NCBI GenBank assembly: GCA_951406725.2
Contig: OX597832.1
Span: 8,432,001 to 8,496,000, forward strand
Source: Octopus vulgaris
Lineage: Eukaryota
Direction of reading: 5' to 3'
Length of the DNA stretch: 64,000 bases
Shown here: in pieces, positions 27,441 through 40,664 of the stretch
Layout: every line of letters starts with the position of its first letter
How positions within the stretch are numbered: position 1 is the first letter of the stretch
Translations under genes and position numbers: made by a program
Notes under the pieces: model-generated
The model's database searches: none
The model's input: the letters and a program-made list of their open reading frames with translations, nothing else
What the model was told of the DNA's origin: nothing

Positions 27441-29999
27441 CCTGAGTTTTAAATGACTGCTATCTTGTTGAATCTACATTGAGGTTTAATCTATGTTTAT
27501 CATACCCACTACTACGGAGCTAATACGTATTGATTCTAACCACATTTTCTTTGTTTTTCTGTTAAGGCAGGAACTTTTACATCCAACGTATGAACACAAT
27601 CGCATTTCGCTCAAATGTATCTTACTTTTTTTTTATTTTCATTTACCTTAATTTTGCAGAACTTGTTTTTTTTCTGTCCTCATTTAATCTAAAACAGTGT
27701 AAAACTACTGTCAGTGCTGTTTAAGTTATTATAGTAAGTGACTAAATTACTTGTTATTTCCTATTTGTGTTTTTGATAATGTCCATGAAGTAAATGTTCA
27801 TGTCTGTCCTGCTATTAACGTTGGAATTATTGCTGCGAGTTGATTAGTTGTTCACAGCACTCAAAGTATTCATCGAAATACCAAACCAATTTCTCTACAT
27901 CAACATTGAGAACAACATGATATTTCTAGTAATGCTAACACACGTATTCTTTTTCTTATTTTAACGCAGTTGTTAGCGTACTTAAATGTTGTGTATGTGT
28001 TTTATACACGCTTTTACAATTGTCTTTAAGTATACAATTATGTCAAATGCGGTAATTTTATCAACTTTGAGAATTGTGTAAAATATCTTCACAAATATCT
28101 TGACAAGCAATGCGGTTTTCACAATCGATTTTGTACAGTCTTTATACAATTATACCCATTCTTCTTAATGTTTACCGTTTCCTATAGAAGAAAGAGAAAA
28201 CGCATATAAAAAAGTATCTCTCTACTAGCATCAAATATATCTTTAATAGCAACAGCTACAAAGACAAGGACGACCAAAAAATCTTAAACTCAATTACAGA
28301 ACTTGTAAGTACATAATATATATGTCTCTAAAACTAATCAATATATTTAGAAGAGTTAATGAGTTAAAACTATTGTTCAAATACATCCTTTTTTGTTATT
28401 TGTTCTTGATGAATGTGTATAATTTCTGATGTTATACGTATTGTATTTATGCAGATATGTAAAAGACTTGGCATATTTTGTATAAATCAAACTGAAAAGG
28501 AAAAGAATAAAAGGCATAGAGAGAAGCGAGTCGCAGAATTAAATAAAAGTATTAATGTAATAATATTGTGATGTATTTAGTGTTTTCTTTTTTCCTATAC
28601 AAATATTAATATTCTCACTCGGTCGATCGCTAAATTACGTCTTACCAATTTCAATATGATATGAAAGTAGACGTCTACAATTAATAAAATGCAAGTTGTA
28701 ATTATTTTCATTCTATATGAATAACATTTTCATAAGGTGGAATGAGAGACTTATCGGAGCAGGATATACTGGTTCGTAACTTGTGAACACTGAAAGCCCT
28801 CATCTGAAGAATCTTCATGTCTTGAACTGTGGTAAGAATCTCAACCAAGAATGAAAGGAAGAGGACTCGGATGAGTGTCTAGGGATATCGCATCGTACCT
28901 ACTTGGTTTCCGGTTCGGAACCTTTAGCAAATTCCTTCTACTGTAAGCTGTGTTAAAGCAAAGTTTTGCGACTAAAATTTGATAAAACGAAAATGTGTTG
29001 AATGGTAGATTTAATCTGTCTCTAAATCTCGCGCCCCCACTTTGGTATTTGGGTGTTTTGCGCGGATTTCCTTATTTCTAAGTATTATCGACAGCTCTCC
29101 GATCCTAAGATAGCTCTCTGCCATTTACACCGAAATCTCTAAACGATGGCTCTTCAACCATCTGTCATAAAGCCACAAAACCTGAAAGAAAAACACAGAG
29201 AAACCATGGCAGTTTACTTCAGTAGTACTTACATATATTCCTTATATACAATAGAAAAGATATGTACAACCTGCTCTGTTCACTGAGAATGAGAATCTAG
29301 TTCTAAGTTCCAGTTAAGCTTTGGAGATTTCTAAATATGAAAATAGGTTTTACTATAATTGACTGTTAACAATTATGACATGAGACCACGAACACATTTC
29401 CTCTTTATGATAACGTCTGTTTTATAATACCAGTTCGGTCCTCATTGAGCATACGTATGAAAATATGTATTCCATTTGTGATCATTCAAAGATTTTGGTA
29501 TATCTAGAACGGTATTGTCCAATCCATCGACTTTTAAAACGTAAATTTTTTATACTTAGTGACCAGTGAAGCTATATTATTGACTCGTACTCATCTTTTA
29601 TAGGCAATAATGGCCTTGTAGTATGTAAAGATTTTGAATAGTATCTTAGAAATAAACGCAACATTATTTTGCTCTCTACTGTACACTAAAGTACCCAATT
29701 TATTTTAACAATATCATATTCTATCCCGTAGGTTAATAGACTTGGTGCTGATCTATATATATATAGAGAGAGTACAAAATTAGTGTCGATGTTGTTGGTG
29801 GTGCTAGGTTTGTTTAGCTTAGGCTACCACCGATGTTTCAGAAGTAGTTTAGAACCTCGATAATTCAGCCCTTATATTTCATATACATTATATCAAAGAC
29901 AATAACTATCCAATGTAAATACTATTCCTAGAATGTAGGTAACGACATGAGGGGTTTCTCGTGTGCGGGGTATATCATATATACACGGCACAAATTTAC

Positions 30000-30670
30000 T
30001 TGAAATGGAAGAAATAGTGAGAATATTCTGCACTAACAACTTGGAAGGGTGAGGGTTTTTGTAGGTGGGTGAAATATTTTCAGGCATCAGATCAAAAGCG
30101 CACCAGGCTGACCACATCAAAGTAAATGTGAGATTATTAGAGGCAGATCCAGCTGATTTCCTTGAAGGTTTCCTAGGCCACGAGGATTGTTAGCTTCATC
30201 ACTTCGAGCCAGAGGCAATGAGGCAAGCTACGCAGTGGAATCACCCCGCCTCACAGTGGCTATAACAGGGCAAGGTCGTTTCATCTGCAAGATGGGATAT
30301 GGCCTCAGGCGGTAAAAGTCATTGTGTTTATTGACTGTCTTCAAAAATGTTACACCACCAAACAGGAGTATTATTCCAACTTTCTGTGACAGTTACGAAA
30401 ACATATCAAGGTCAAGCAACAACAAAATAGAAATCTAGCGAAAATAATCTTCTATCATCAGGACAATAGTCCAGTACAGATGTTCTTGGTGTCAGTGGTT
30501 ACTGTGCATAACTGTGGATTTGACGATCACCGACTCTATGCTCCTGATTTAGCCCCATCTGTCTTTCATCTGTTCCTCAACATGAAAAAACACTTTGCTG
30601 GGAACCAGTATCGCAATAATAACGTCATATCTGATGTTGATTACTTTTGATTCTAAGAGGATGAAATCGA
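30000..30670 (+). mobile_element. Decayed mariner transposase
   Basis: RWVK..DQKRTR, EADPADFLEGFL, *LHHFEPE, KVVSSA, IVFIDCLQK, HQDNSPV and YAPDLAPSVFHLFLNMKKHFAG. Confidence 0.85.
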
Positions 30671-31206
30671 CTAAACTAGATTCACCCTAAATATGAATGA
30701 ATATTCCTCGTCAACAAAAATGTGATCCCCATATTAGACGAATTCCAGTTAGTGATCATATGTTTTAAATTTCACGTATTCCTATTCTATCGATGTGCAG
30801 AGAATATTCTATACCAAACTAAAATTAATAAGTTAAGTATATTTATTAAAATATATAAGTCAGTGCGGAAAAGGCAATAAAATCATCATTATTATCGATT
30901 CTCTTTATGTTATGAATTAATTATTGTAGAAATTCTGCTTATACTCGTTCATAAAACGAAAATTCAATATTCATGTAGCAACTGTCGTCAACTTTACTCC
31001 ACAGATCGTTATATGCCTTATCCCTCTTGATGTTAACAAAGAAAGGATACATTCTATCATATAACATTTCCATATCTCTCCTTTCTAACTGCCATACAGT
31101 ATGCTGAATGGAGAAAATGCTTGATGCGATCTTCTTGCGCGACTGCTACAAAAGTTTGATACATAAAAGTTGGCCCGTCAATTTGAACGAAAATGCACAG
31201 ACACGC

Positions 31207-31322
<116 letters not shown>

Positions 31323-31448
31323 ATAGAGGGGTGGGACAAAATAAAGGAAACACCTTAAAACTTCAAACTAATTTATTCTAACATGGGGTAGAACCGCATT
31401 TGTCGGTAAATACAGCTTGAATTGTACAAAATTTGAATTGTTTCCCAA

Positions 31449-32622
31449 AGGTTGTATCACATGAAATGTTGCACCCCAACAATAATGGTAAACAAAATTT
31501 GAAACCACAGACCTTGTGAAAAGCTGTTATCATAGTTTGGTTGTTATTATCAACCAGAGTATGTTGAGCGATTTTCTTGTATGAGTAGAAACCGGGAAAA
31601 TTTGCCACAGGAGTTCTACTGAATATCATGCGGACCTTTACTAATGGTTTTGTTGACATCAGAACTGTTAAGAGGTGGTTCCGAAGCTCTCGTTCAGGAT
31701 AACTTTGAAAATGAACCAAGGGGCAGGTCAAAATCAGTTATCCAACATGATGGATTAAATGCTTTGGTTGAAGAAAATCCGAGAACCAAGGTATGAAAAC
31801 TTTCAACAGAACTCCGAACATCTGATACAACTGCTTTTGGATACCTGTAAAAATTTGGAATATTCAAGAAAGCGGATAGGTTTGTTCAACATCAACTGAA
31901 CGAGATTAAAAAAAAAAACGTGACGCTCCGAATTGTCCACCTTATTGCTTTCTCGAATGGAGCAAAACCAATTTTTAATCAAATCATTACTTCTCGTGAG
32001 ACATGGGTGCTCTTTTACAACAGCAGTAGAACAGGACAGTGGTTTGATGCAGGAAAGTCACCTAAACACTACCGAAACCCATCATTGCACCCTAAGAATT
32101 TAGTGGTCACTGTAAGGTGGTCTGTGAACGAAGTTATTTACTATTCATTTTTACAACAAGGAAAAACAGTAACAGCAACATCGTATTGCCTGGAAATTGA
32201 TTATATGCATGAAAATGTGAAAACAAGGGACCCAGAATAGTGAATAGAGATGGCCCAATTTTGCTGCACGACAATGCACGTTCTCACACTCCTCAATCTA
32301 CAGTCCAAAAGTTGCAAAGCCTGAATTATGAGATTTTGCAACATCCTCTCTATTTCCCTGATATCTCTCCTACTGATCATCACTTATTTAAACATTTTGA
32401 ACTTTTCATAAGCAATGAAACATTCTTAAATAAAGAATAGGTAATTGAAGGATTCGGACAGTTTATCATTTAAATGGAATATATTATAGAGAGAAAGGCT
32501 GGGTAAGCGTCATAAATGAATATGAGTCATGCTTTGTTTAAATAAATCAGTTCTCTATAACACTTCTGAAACATTTTCTTGTTACCTTTCAAATACGGCA
32601 TTTCATGTGAAACAACCTAATA
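31449..32622 (+). mobile_element. Near full-length decayed mariner element with TIRs
   Basis: 5' aggttgtatcacatgaaatg (31449-31468) and 3' catttcatgtgaaacaacct (32599-32618) are inverted repeats (19/20). Internal motifs: RTVKRWFRS, FVQHQL, ITSRETWVLFYN, LHPKNLVVTV, LLHDNARSH and HPLYFPDISPTDHHLF. Confidence 0.92.
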
Positions 32623-32639
32623 TATATTATATATATATC

Positions 32640-32674
<35 letters not shown>

Positions 32675-32679
32675 ATTTG

Positions 32680-32892
32680 TGTGCCTGTGTTTGTCCCCCA
32701 CCATCGTTTAACAACAGGCGTTAGTGTGTTTTCGTCTCCGTAACTTAGCGGTTCAGCAAAAGAAACCTATAGAATAAGTATCAGGTTATACAAAGAATAA
32801 GTCTTGGGGTCGATTTGTTCGACTGAAAGCGCTCCTCCAGCATGGCCACAGTCATATAACTGAAACAAGTAACAGAAAAAAGAATAAAAGAA
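32680..32892 (+). mobile_element. Octopus-type SINE, 3' half
   Basis: cgtaacttagcggttcagcaaaag...ggggtcgatttgttcgact...ccagcatggccacagtc...actgaaacaagtaa; matches 38310-38510 and 49061-49120. Confidence 0.75.
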
Positions 32893-32906
32893 CATACACA
32901 CACACT

Positions 32907-32993
<87 letters not shown>

Positions 32994-33555
32994 TATATTT
33001 GCCTATCGAAATATGAATTTTGAATAGCTGAATATTTGTGTAAACCACCTTCTGGTGTACCTTTGTAATATGACTTCAATTTGCACGAGTAGTTAGCAGA
33101 CGTATAATATTACCAGAGTATATAAGGATGTTTGGAGAATTAGAGAAGAATTTGAATTATAAAAAAAAATTATGAACATCCGAAAAAGGTAAGATAGTAT
33201 AGCTCGTGCAAATGCCTACAGCAATTTAAGTGCTTTGGTTTTAAGAATCTACTATTTTCGTGGGTTGTGGCCACTATGTGTAGAGCCATATCTTCCATCG
33301 ATTCACGTAAGTCCAGTGGTGACACATTCATTTTCATCGGACCCAGATTGCATTAAGTGGGTAACTTACTATTTCCATGTCACCCTGGTATTTGTAACTA
33401 ATAGGTGTACGTCAAATATAAAGATAAAATCTGATAAAGGTAAACTCACACACACGCAGAGATATACGCACATACATCCACACATTTTCATTCACATACA
33501 CACATACATACATATATACATATATATATATACATATACATACATACATACACCA

Positions 33556-33615
<60 letters not shown>

Positions 33616-33617
33616 GC

Positions 33618-33659
<42 letters not shown>

Positions 33660-33683
33660 CTCGCTCAGAGATATATTATTGTT

Positions 33684-33758
<75 letters not shown>

Positions 33759-33808
33759 CAAACATATATGCATGTGAGTGTATGCATAGAAACATTTATG
33801 TGTATGTG

Positions 33809-33848
<40 letters not shown>

Positions 33849-36775
33849 TGTATAAATATATGTTTGCATGTCTGCGTGTGTGTGTTTTCATTTATACATA
33901 AAATAACATACACTCACATACTCATTTAAGTACACCATCTTCATAAGCGGAAAATAATTGTATTCTCTCGCCAAATATTTATTAGTTGAATTCTCTTATC
34001 TGTAACCGGCGGCACGGATTAAGATTATAAATTAAGCTATTATTTAAAAAGTTTTAATTTTTAATCTTAATCTCTGCCTAAGGTAAAAAAGGAAATCTCG
34101 AGGATGCATAAATGTACATGGAAGTGATTAAATATTTCTATTTTGAATACCAGAGATAAATATAGGAAGCATTATTTATTCATTTATTTATCTATATTAT
34201 TATTTTGAATATTCTTTGTTGCTATTATCATCATCATCTTCATAAATTCTTGAATTTGTTGTCAGTTATTTTTGAGATAACATTTAAAAAATTTGCTTTG
34301 TTTTAAATTCAAATTTATGTGTATAAAAACAATGTATTTGGATTAAGAATTGAGTCATAGCGTGTTCGATCTGTGAGCTTAATTCTGAAATTAAGGTTTA
34401 CCGTGAAGTGTGATTATATGTTTCATAAAGTAGATTTCAAAGAACAGTGTTGTTCTGTTATGTCTGTGGAGAATCATTCTCTTTTAGTGCCTTATTATTT
34501 AGCACGTTCACCGGTAAAGTTTCCACTCGTCTACTTATCTATTTTCCTAAATTTTTTTGTTGAGTCTAGCAACCGCTTGAATGGTGTTTGACTCCGTCCG
34601 TTACCCGAGCTGCGTTCTTTCCTGAAAAAAAAAAAAACGCAGCTCATTTACATATCTATTTTTCGGAAATTTTCGTTGTGTCTTGTAACCTTTTCAATCG
34701 CCGTTGACTCTGCCGTTATGCGAACTGCGTTATTTTCTGAAAAAAATGCAGCTCTGATGCAGCTGCTTTACATAATAGCTTTTTGGAACAGGTAATGAGC
34801 CCCTCAGTAGTAGGGAATTTTGCGAATTATAGTTTGTTGGGAAAGATTCTTGGTGACAGTTTTTTCTTGGCCACGCTATGTGGCAGGCAAACGCAAGCAC
34901 AATAGCGACAAATGACGTAGTTATAGTAGTTATCGTAACCCAATTCTAAATATGTATTGCCTGGAAACTACATTACTTGTATTTCCGGTTATTATTGCTG
35001 CCATTTTTGGTGTCAGATTAGCGTTGGTTTCGTTCGTTTAGGATCAAAAGTGTTTTCTGTACGACTACGCCATCTTAGTCTTGGGGCCAAAATTACTGAG
35101 TGCGATTCGGTAGGATGTAATTCCTTCTGGTAGCAAGTTAATCGAAAATGTAAAGACTACTGCACCTGTAGGCCTATGATAACTCCGTGAACGTTCCACA
35201 TTTCTATAAGTATGTTTTCGGATTCAGTGCATGTTTAGAAGGCGGTGGTATGTAAAATATGAACGTACTTTAGATGAGCAAGCATCAATATTGCGTAGTC
35301 AATTTATTTTTTTAGCTCGCTATATCTTGTTATCGTAAAAATACTACGAAATAACGATGGATAGCTATGTCGTAGTTTGATTCGTTAGAATATATACTCA
35401 CAAATGACATTCTGCGTGGTTGGAAATGACTGTGTGACCACAGTCGAAGTTGTTTTATCATAGTTCTGCGTCATTGTTGGCCTGAAGCTTGTATTTTCTA
35501 ATTCGTATTGCGTGTAGCTAGTATTGTTAACATCTGTGTATACCCTTGAACACTTAACTGCGATATTACCATTAATAGCATATTAACTATTTTCTTTCTG
35601 CAACAGCAACCACATAGACATCATCATCGTCAGCAACAACTAAATTAAGATTAATCTCTTTCTTCTGTGACGCTGGTCTTTACTTGTCGATAAGAAAACC
35701 GAAGGAGTACTTCTTACCTCAAGGTAAAATACGCAGCATCCAGAAAGAAGCAATCCATTTCAACAGATGCTGTTTATTCTAGTCGGCATATTTACTGTAT
35801 TATTGACAAATGGTGGTTTTGTGACTCGTTTCTCCAATGGCTATATTCCTTATTGGAAAAAAGAAATTCAGAATAAAAATAGAATTAAACGCTTCTTCAC
35901 TTCTACAGAAATCTGAAATTCGCTGCGGGTTATCTATTATTCGTTGAATCACGATTAACTAGTTCAGCATGTGTCGCATAAAGGTCGGAATCGAAGCGGA
36001 TCAGTATCACAGCCTGCGGTGTATGATCTGATTAACCAAAACAAGAACAGTGACGTTGACAATGGAAACAACGAGATGAAAATCACTATTACCAGTAGAC
36101 CATGCAGTAGGTGACAAATAATTTGCAGAATCTTTAGAATATCACTCAGATACAATGCCTTGAGATATTTACTCACCTTCTCAGAGTTCAAATCCTACTA
36201 AAATCAACTTTGAATTTCATGCGCCTTGTGTCAACAAATAAGAAACCACCAAATACTGGGGAGGTTTCGTCTTGGCTCTCTCGCTCACCCTCTCTCCCTC
36301 TCTTCGAATTTAACCTGTGAGTAGTCGTTACAGAAAGAGCCGTTATCACACCTGCTTCAATGCAATGTGATATGTTGTAGCGCAGATGTGAAGTATTGTA
36401 TACATTGGGTTAAAAACCTTGTTTTCAAAAATCATATAAAAATTGATAAAAATGTTTGCAAGAGCATTACAAAAAATTTTGGTATTTATACAAAGCTAGA
36501 CACACAGATACAGACATGCAGCCACACAGACAGGCCGATACACATACGTATATATATATATATGTTTGTGTGTGTGTGTGTGCTTGTGTGTGTGTGTGTG
36601 TGTGTGCGTATGTGTGTGTATGTACATACAAATACCTACGCTTGAATATGTCTTACGCTTAAAAGCCGCAGCCAACACACGAACTAACAACACATACACA
36701 CACAAACACCTTATGTATGTGTGCTTGATGCTTCCAATTCAAATTTTAGTACATACATATACATACATACACATG

Positions 36776-36816
<41 letters not shown>

Positions 36817-37010
36817 TGTTAAGCAACCCTCAGTTAAACATCCATGAATGTTATATCGCCTGAAAAAATATATCTGTGTAGATGATCTACCTGATGTCCA
36901 TGGATGTCAGGAACTACACTGAAAACATCCCAAGAATACGGAATGTGATCTGAAGAGATATGCGCGTTGTAGAAACGTGCGTAGCGATGCATGAAAATAT
37001 TGTAGTTTTA

Positions 37011-37130
<120 letters not shown>

Positions 37131-37240
37131 TAAATATATATATATATATATATAATCTGTAAAAATAAATAAAGAACACTAATATTCAAGAGAGACACTA
37201 ATGTTTGTGATCGCATGCTACAACCGTATAGGCGCTTTAA

Positions 37241-37279
<39 letters not shown>

Positions 37280-37290
<11 letters not shown>

Positions 37291-37460
37291 GTATATAATG
37301 AGGGTGCATTTTCTAAAAGACACCAGATTTCCTGAATATAGGAGTGAAAATCCTTCGAACCCATTGATGCCTGTATAAATATAGCTTTCAATTTTGTGGA
37401 TTCAGAAGGTTTTAACTCCTATGTTTAGGAAAGCTGTGCCTTTTAAAAGAACCGCCCCCT
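37280..37460. mobile_element. Palindromic MITE-like element (~180 bp imperfect hairpin)
   Basis: The left arm agggtgcattttctaaaagacaccagatttcctgaatataggagtgaaaatccttcgaaccca pairs with the right arm tggattcagaaggttttaactcctatgtttaggaaagctgtgccttttaaaagaaccgccccct; it lies between microsatellites. Confidence 0.65.
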
Positions 37461-37487
37461 TTATCTATCTATCTATCTATCTATCTG

Positions 37488-37528
<41 letters not shown>

Positions 37529-38057
37529 ATATGTATCTACCTATCTATCTATCCATCTATCTATACATAAATGAACACATAATCAAATACACGCACATCG
37601 GTACGTGTACATGGCATATAATCATATACATATATACTCACTATAACCTTCAATTCGATAGTATTTCTTTACGTTTAAGTCTGATTTAGTTAACGCTTCT
37701 ATTAAAAATCTTTACATAGAATGATAAGGAGAGATATTTATCCACCAGTATAATCGACACAAGAATATATCCTATTTGTTTACATTCTAGATAGAGATAT
37801 TGTGCATTACGTCATTGGAAATGTAGTCCATAGACAGAATTTCGGGTTATTATCAATATATCGGAATTGAGATACTCTATATTATTTAATTAATAAGTGT
37901 TGTTAATTATAGATTAAAATTAATAATAACATCAAATTGTAGGTCAAAAATATTAAGCATTGTAAGATAAAAAATTGATATTCAGTTGGAAAGAATGTTG
38001 TATTAGTTATAGTTATGAATTTGTTACGTTATGTCATCTCATTTAATGTTAATAGAA

Positions 38058-38202
38058 ATAGTGGCTGTGTGGTAAGTAGCTTCATTAACAACCACATGGT
38101 TCAGAATCACTGCGTGGCACGTTGGGCGTCTTCTTCTATAGCCTCCAGCCAACCAGAGCCTTGTGAGTGGATTTGGTTGACGGAAACTGAAAAAAGCCCG
38201 TC

Positions 38203-38289
<87 letters not shown>

Positions 38290-38512
38290 TGTATGTGCAT
38301 GTGTGTATGTGTGTGTTTATTCCCCCAACATCACTTGACAACAGATGGAGGTGTGTTTACGTCCCGTCACTTAGCGATTCGGCAAAAGAGAGTGATCGAA
38401 TAATACTAGGCTTACAAAAAGAAGTCCTGTATTCTAATTGCTCGACTAAAGGCGGTGCTCCACCATAGCCGCAGTCAAATGACTGAAACAAGTAAAAGAA
38501 TAAAAGAATAAG
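38058..38512 (+). mobile_element. Octopus-type SINE with internal (TA)n(TG)n
   Basis: Head gtggctgtgtggtaagtagctt, body gccttgtgagtggatttggttgacggaaactgaaaaaagcccgtcg, tail aatgactgaaacaagtaaaagaataaaagaata. It interrupts the 3' end of the minus-strand PLE. Confidence 0.8.
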
Positions 38513-38514
38513 AA

Positions 38515-40210
38515 TTTTATATGCTTCTTCAGTACATGTGTCACATCTTTTGTTGGAGATTTCCCTGACGTTGCAAATCTCACGATCTCCCATGTAATTT
38601 TAAATTCAATGTTATTTTCCTTAAATTCCCATATGAACTTACTTAATCCAGCAGAATTCTTTTTTTGTCCATTTTTAAATCTCTGTAAACGGTTAGCCAC
38701 ACTAATTTTGATTCTATTCTCTTTCATATAGATTCTATTATACATTGGTAGACTAAGTTATCTTTCTTTCTATTAATTTTAACCTTATAGTCACAAGTTT
38801 CGTTTATATCTTTATGTATGTGATTCGAAGTATTAATATGGGTTATTTTCTTTCTATCATTAAGGTATTTATGGCCGTTAACATTATTATTTAGGTTAAA
38901 TTAAATTTGAGGTGAATTGTTGTATTGGACATTTCTACTACTCTCGTAATTATTTTATTTTTTGTTGTCAATTGATGATATAATCATGAATAGGTTACAG
39001 TTTAAACTAAAACCAACTCTGACATGTTTATAATTAATAATTTCGCTATATTTATTATAGTTGTTCAAGGGCTCATAAATAGACATGTATATAGATGTGA
39101 TTAAATTAGTTTTATGTTTTATAGCGTACAGAATGATAACCCAAATCGTAATAAATTCTTCAGAATTATCTTTAGAGTGTTTATAATCTATTTTTGGTTT
39201 AGTAAAATTTATGGAAGGGTTATATGGTTGATGTTTTCTATTACGAATATTACGTGGATTATCAATGGTATGATTATTCAAGGGAATTATTGGCTTGTTA
39301 TTATCATCTGCTTTATTATTTATGTGTTTGTCAATATAAGAATAATGATAATTATTTATTAGTTGCCTATTATTTATATTATGTTGAGAAGAAAATTTAA
39401 TATTTTTCTATATTGTAATTTCTATTTCGAGGTTGATGTTTATTTATTTCGAGTTTATTATTATTACCGCTTAACGGTTTATTATTACATGATTTATTAA
39501 TTCTGCTTTCTTTTAGTCATAGGTTTAACTTTGATTGAATTAGCTGTTCTAACAGTTTTAAATCCTATCGTATAATTTATTCCATCATGTATAATTTTAT
39601 CATTTGGTGGATAGTAAAGCTTTTGTATCTTGTATCTGTGACCAGCTTTACCTACAGCCATGTTGTAATAATCTCCATGTTTCATAAATATTTCTTCGTT
39701 AGATGATAGTCTTGATGTTCATGTTTCTATGTTTTAGATTAACGTTTCAAATTGATCCTGGATAATTACTTAGGAAATTAATGTAGCTTAAATTCGTATT
39801 TAATTTATAAAAAGTTTCGCGTTTAGCAGTTATAAAGTTGAAATTAGCATCTAAAAACTTAACTGATTTATCATTTTCAAAAGAGATGGAGAGCCCATAG
39901 TTTCTGAAAAAAATAGTCTTCTCTGAAATAATTCTGTCTATTCGAGGAATTTTGTGAGAAAAAGTGCATCGCCCCGATATAACCCTCCCCTCAGTTCAGG
40001 AAATTCCTCATGCAGGTTCTACAAAAGATAAAGTCCAACGAGATCCCGTAATTAGACCGAGTCGGCGGCGCCCATTGTAATGTCGAAGCCGTTAGGAGTG
40101 TCTTTTCTAGTCCAATATTTACTATCAAACTCAATTGAATTTCGAGCAGCTAGGATAACATTAATTTCATTCATATTAAGGTTTCTAGCAAAAAGTATAA
40201 TAGTATTGAT
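38515..40210 (-). pseudogene. Decayed PLE ORF (RT + GIY-YIG), a relative of the 8298 element
   Basis: The minus strand gives EINVILAARNSIEFDSKYWTRKDTPNGFDITMGAADSV*LRDLVGLYLL, GGLYRGDAL, SVKFLDANFNFI, LSSNEEIFMKHGDYYNMA..AGHRYKIQ, HVRVGFSLNCNL, NLVYQC and GLSKFIWEFKENNIEFKITWEIVRFA..CDTCTEE. Confidence 0.9.
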
Positions 40211-40509
40211 AGACAAATAATGATTGTCAGTGTCTACTTGTAAAAATGTATGTAAAAATATATTTCAATATTATTAAACAATAAGCTTCATGTGCATAAC
40301 AGCATATTTTGAGTGTTATAATATTTCTAGGTATAGGTATATTTCTATCTAAAATAGTTCTACGTAATCTACTTAAGTCCGAAGTACATGCGCTCTGTTA
40401 GGGGGCCTGCAAAACTTGAAGTAGCATGGAAATCAAGTGAAACAGTTTTAGATATTACACGTAACTCCCACTAAAAGTGTTGAGTAAGCTTTACTTTCGT
40501 CTGTCCCCT

Positions 40510-40556
<47 letters not shown>

Positions 40557-40576
40557 CTGTGTTTGTGCGTGTACAA

Positions 40577-40663
<87 letters not shown>

Positions 40664-40664
40664 G

